The notes beneath the pieces were generated by a model that was not told the DNA's origin, ran no database searches, and saw only the letters and a program-made list of their open reading frames with translations. Below, piece after piece: positions 61,297 to 64,000 of a stretch of 64,000 nt of DNA. Source of the DNA: Candidatus Latescibacterota bacterium (GTDB lineage: Bacteria > Latescibacterota > UBA2968 > GCA-2709665). The DNA lies in NCBI GenBank assembly GCA_965219455.1, contig OZ244744.1:928001-992000 (forward strand), in the 5' to 3' direction. A program made the translations under genes and the position numbers. Positions within the stretch are counted from its first letter, which is position 1, and every line of letters starts with the position of its first letter.

Positions 61297-62450
61297 TTTT
61301 TCGTTTCACTCCCAAAGCAATAAAGGGTCCCGTCGGTCGTACCTATCACGAGTCTGCCGCCGGCCAAGCTGGGCGAGGCCAGGATTTCCGAGCCGGTTAC
61401 GAATTCCCACTCCTTTTCGCCGGTATTCAAATCCAACGCCAGAACCCGTCCCCCTGTTGTCCCCACAAAAACACGATTGCCCGCGACCACCGGGGAGGAA
61501 TCGATGCGAGAACGGAACGAGCGTATCCACAACAACGCGCCCGTGTCCGGATTCAGCGCACGCACCATTTTGTCCCGCCCGGCCACGATCACGCGCCTGT
61601 CGGTCACCGCTGCCGAGGCGTAGTAAGGATGCTTGCGGCTGGGATGCTCGTAACGCCACGCGACCTTCGCCGCCGACAGATCCACACCCAGGACCTGGTT
61701 TCCGAAATTACCCAGGTAGGCGCGTCCGTTGTGCACCGCGACACTCGACGCGACGTAGTCGTACACGACCACATTTGCGACTTCAACCCCATCGGCCACG
61801 TTCACCACCCGCATCAGGCCGTCGCACCCCGCGACAACCGCCCGTCCGCCCACGAGGGCCGGCGTTCCGTGGACGTATCCGCCGGTCTCCAATTTCCACA
61901 ATAACGAACCGTCCTTCGTTGCGAGGCAGTAAAGGAACTCGTCATAAGATCCGAACAACACCCGGGCCCCATCCCCCGTGGCCGAAGAAATGATCTCCCC
62001 CCCTGTCCGGAACGTCCAGATCCCTCTCCCCGTTCCCGCCTCCACGGCGTGGAACCCGCCGCCGCCATCTCCAAAAAAAACAACGCCATCGGCAACCATC
62101 GGTGACGACTTGACTTCTCCCCGGGCCGTATACGTCCACTTCAATCCGCCGCGGTCCAGATCAAATGCATAGAGCTTGCCGTCCAGCCCGCCCACATATA
62201 CCGTACCCCGCCAGATCGCCGCCGTGGACTCGATCCCCGTTGCCACCCGTGCGGTCCACGCCACCACCGGTTCACCCGGCAGCGCTCCCCGAGCAAGCCC
62301 GGTGGATTGCGCGTCGCCGCGAAACTGCGGCCAGGACGCCTCGCCGGCAACGCCGACGGGAACCGTTACGTGCAACAAGCAGAGGAAAAGAAAGACGTTC
62401 TCAATGTTCCTCGCTTGTCGCTTGACCCGAAACTCAATACGCCTCTTCAT
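61293..62450 (-). CDS. PQQ-like/BamB-like beta-propeller protein
   Basis: SWPQFRGDAQSTG and repeated SSP.V.DG.VF.G..DG.LYA.D...G...W units; start uncertain. Confidence 0.9.
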   Translation of the reverse strand: MKRRIEFRVKRQARNIENVFLFLCLLHVTVPVGVAGEASWPQFRGDAQSTGLARGALPGEPVVAWTARVATGIESTAAIWRGTVYVGGLDGKLYAFDLDRGGLKWTYTARGEVKSSPMVADGVVFFGDGGGGFHAVEAGTGRGIWTFRTGGEIISSATGDGARVLFGSYDEFLYCLATKDGSLLWKLETGGYVHGTPALVGGRAVVAGCDGLMRVVNVADGVEVANVVVYDYVASSVAVHNGRAYLGNFGNQVLGVDLSAAKVAWRYEHPSRKHPYYASAAVTDRRVIVAGRDKMVRALNPDTGALLWIRSFRSRIDSSPVVAGNRVFVGTTGGRVLALDLNTGEKEWEFVTGSEILASPSLAGGRLVIGTTDGTLYCFGSETKK

Positions 62451-63549
62451 ATAACGCCAGATATCCGGCTTCGCGGACCGGCCGCGGATTGAACGTTCCC
62501 GTCCACTGGTTTGCCGCCGCCGCCGCCAGCTCCGGCAGCCGATCCCGGCCAACCCCAAGTTCACACAGGCGTCCGGGCAGATTCGCCGTGTGTCTGAATC
62601 GGACGATCTGCTCGGCAAGCGCCCCGGCCGTCAACCCAAGTCCTTCGTAGAGCGCCCCATCCGTTTCCCCGTTGAACCGGATCACCGACGGAAGCATCGT
62701 GCCCACCGCGACGCCGTGCGTGATGCCGTACCGAGCCGTCAGCGGATTGGCGCACGCGTGCGCGGCGCCCAGCATGGCATTCTCGATAGCCGCCCCTGCG
62801 AAATGCGCGCCCAGGAGCATTGCGGCCCTGGCGTGGGGGCCTGCCGGCGGCTCCAACGCCCCTTCGAATCCCGTCGAGAGCAACCGCCACGCCTCCCGCG
62901 CGTACATGCGCGACACCGCGTTGCGCCGGGTACACACGTAGCTCTCCACCGCATGCGCAATGGCATCGATACCCGAAGCGGCAGCCACATGTGTTGGAAC
63001 GCTCGACGTGAGCGCGGGATCCAGAATGACGCCGCGAAACCGTGCCTTGAGGTCTCCGCAGGCCATCTTCTCGTGGGTATCCGGCGTGGCGATCAACGCG
63101 TAGGACTGTGCCTCGCTCCCGGTTCCCGCGGTAGTGGGAATGCCGATAGACGGCAGCATCGGGCGCTCCGCCCTGCCCATTCCCCGGTAGTCTTCGATCC
63201 GCCCGCCGTTGGTGAGGATGAAATTGATCCCCTTGGCGCAATCCATCGCGCTGCCGCCCCCCAGGCCCGCAATGAGACCGATGCCGCCATGCGCCGCGGC
63301 AACCTCCACCCCCGCGTCCACGTGAGCCGTTGTGGGGTTCTCGCCCGCCCCGTGGAACAGGAAGACGTCGCGGGATCCACGCCGCAGCAACGCCATCGCC
63401 CTGTCCGCGATGCCCGCGTTGACAATTCCGGGATCGGTAACGAGCAGAGTTCGTCTTCCACCGAGTCCATCCGCCAGGTCCCCGAGTTGCGCCAGTGCGC
63501 CTTCCCCGAATATCACTCGCGGCGCAGGATGAAGGTCGAAGGGTTCCAT
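62434..63549 (-). CDS. iron-containing alcohol dehydrogenase family
   Basis: LLVTDPGI, GLGGGSAMDCAK, IPTTAGTGSE, DAIAHAVE, AHACANPL and HGVAV. Confidence 0.95.
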   Translation of the reverse strand: MEPFDLHPAPRVIFGEGALAQLGDLADGLGGRRTLLVTDPGIVNAGIADRAMALLRRGSRDVFLFHGAGENPTTAHVDAGVEVAAAHGGIGLIAGLGGGSAMDCAKGINFILTNGGRIEDYRGMGRAERPMLPSIGIPTTAGTGSEAQSYALIATPDTHEKMACGDLKARFRGVILDPALTSSVPTHVAAASGIDAIAHAVESYVCTRRNAVSRMYAREAWRLLSTGFEGALEPPAGPHARAAMLLGAHFAGAAIENAMLGAAHACANPLTARYGITHGVAVGTMLPSVIRFNGETDGALYEGLGLTAGALAEQIVRFRHTANLPGRLCELGVGRDRLPELAAAAANQWTGTFNPRPVREAGYLALYEEAY

Positions 63550-63559
63550 CCGAATGATT

Positions 63560-64000
63560 CTACGCTCCCCGGGCGAACTGAAAGGCCCGCTGCCGGTAGA
63601 GATGTTCGAACAAATTGCCTTCGTGAGGCTGGTCCCAGGAAATCCGGTTCGTGGGAATCGGCCCGAGGTTCAGTCTTTCCACGTGAGGTGAACTCAGCAA
63701 CTGACTGATCAAGGCTTCATCTTCCGTCAACGCGGTCACCACCAGGCTGGGCCCGATCCGGTTGTGCACCTCCGACTGCGGCACTTCGACCACGCTCGCG
63801 TACGGGAACAGGAACTCCGTATTCGCCAGCGGGTGTTCGGGAGACTCACACCACACCAGCGTGGGATTCAAAAACGTGAGGCCGTCTATTTCATCGAGCC
63901 GGTTCCGGCGCAAGTCCGCGGTCAGGTCCTTTGCGCCGCCGTTTCCCAGGTGCACGTCAATCGTATTTGAAACCTGAACCGCGGCCGCGGGATTGGCAAA
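63560..64000 (-). CDS. aldehyde-dehydrogenase-like protein (C-terminal part; 5' end outside the window)
   Basis: Open frame to the window end; HPLANTEFLFPYASVVEV resembles the ALDH E.FGP motif. Confidence 0.7.
   Translation of the reverse strand, partial: FANPAAAVQVSNTIDVHLGNGGAKDLTADLRRNRLDEIDGLTFLNPTLVWCESPEHPLANTEFLFPYASVVEVPQSEVHNRIGPSLVVTALTEDEALISQLLSSPHVERLNLGPIPTNRISWDQPHEGNLFEHLYRQRAFQFARGA

Noticed and set aside
45750-62450. The three propeller genes as true PQQ dehydrogenases or BamB
   Set aside because: They are ~390-430 aa with only generic propeller repeats, no evident quinoprotein catalytic features, and no bam/der context.
47407-63708. Long plus-strand ORFs (e.g. 48674-49984, 53824-55101, 60166-61323, 62590-63708)
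   Set aside because: Antisense shadows of clear minus-strand genes in high-GC DNA, with no recognisable motifs.

Overview
GC-rich bacterial chromosomal window with four zones. (1) 1-10.8 kb, housekeeping: a VWA membrane protein (partial), tsaD, a small Zn-ribbon ORF, a DAACS symporter, an XPB-like helicase, a UbiA/DGGGPS-like prenyltransferase, ligA and tRNA-Ala(GGC). (2) About 10.8-27 kb, a defence hotspot downstream of the tRNA, built on a type I restriction-modification locus. hsdM carries an in-frame DUF559-like endonuclease cassette bounded by inverted palindromic repeats, plus an 8-bp duplication that frameshifts its C-terminus. A HEPN (HI0074-like) toxin has its cognate-type MNT antitoxin fused to HsdS. 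Between hsdS and hsdR lie a PD-(D/E)xK-motif protein, a possibly YafO-like protein, a TIR + transmembrane gene pair and a chain of truncated TA genes. A RAYT transposase with its REPs follows hsdR. (3) 27-43 kb, accessory metabolism and repeat proteins: two PhyH dioxygenases, tandem secreted WD40/EF-hand-like proteins, HAD, lactonase, CoA transferase, carboxyltransferase, a PIN TA pair and many MITE/REP-like repeats. (4) 42.8-64 kb, a long co-directional minus-strand cluster that looks like an uncharacterised biosynthetic/uptake system: ALDH, Fe-ADH, three PQQ-like beta-propellers, a HemN-like radical SAM enzyme, a TonB receptor, a PaaK-like CoA ligase, a flavin-dependent halogenase, GT4, an EamA-like protein, a thioesterase, ABC and TAXI-TRAP transporters. 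All family assignments come from motif recognition by eye; no database searches were run.
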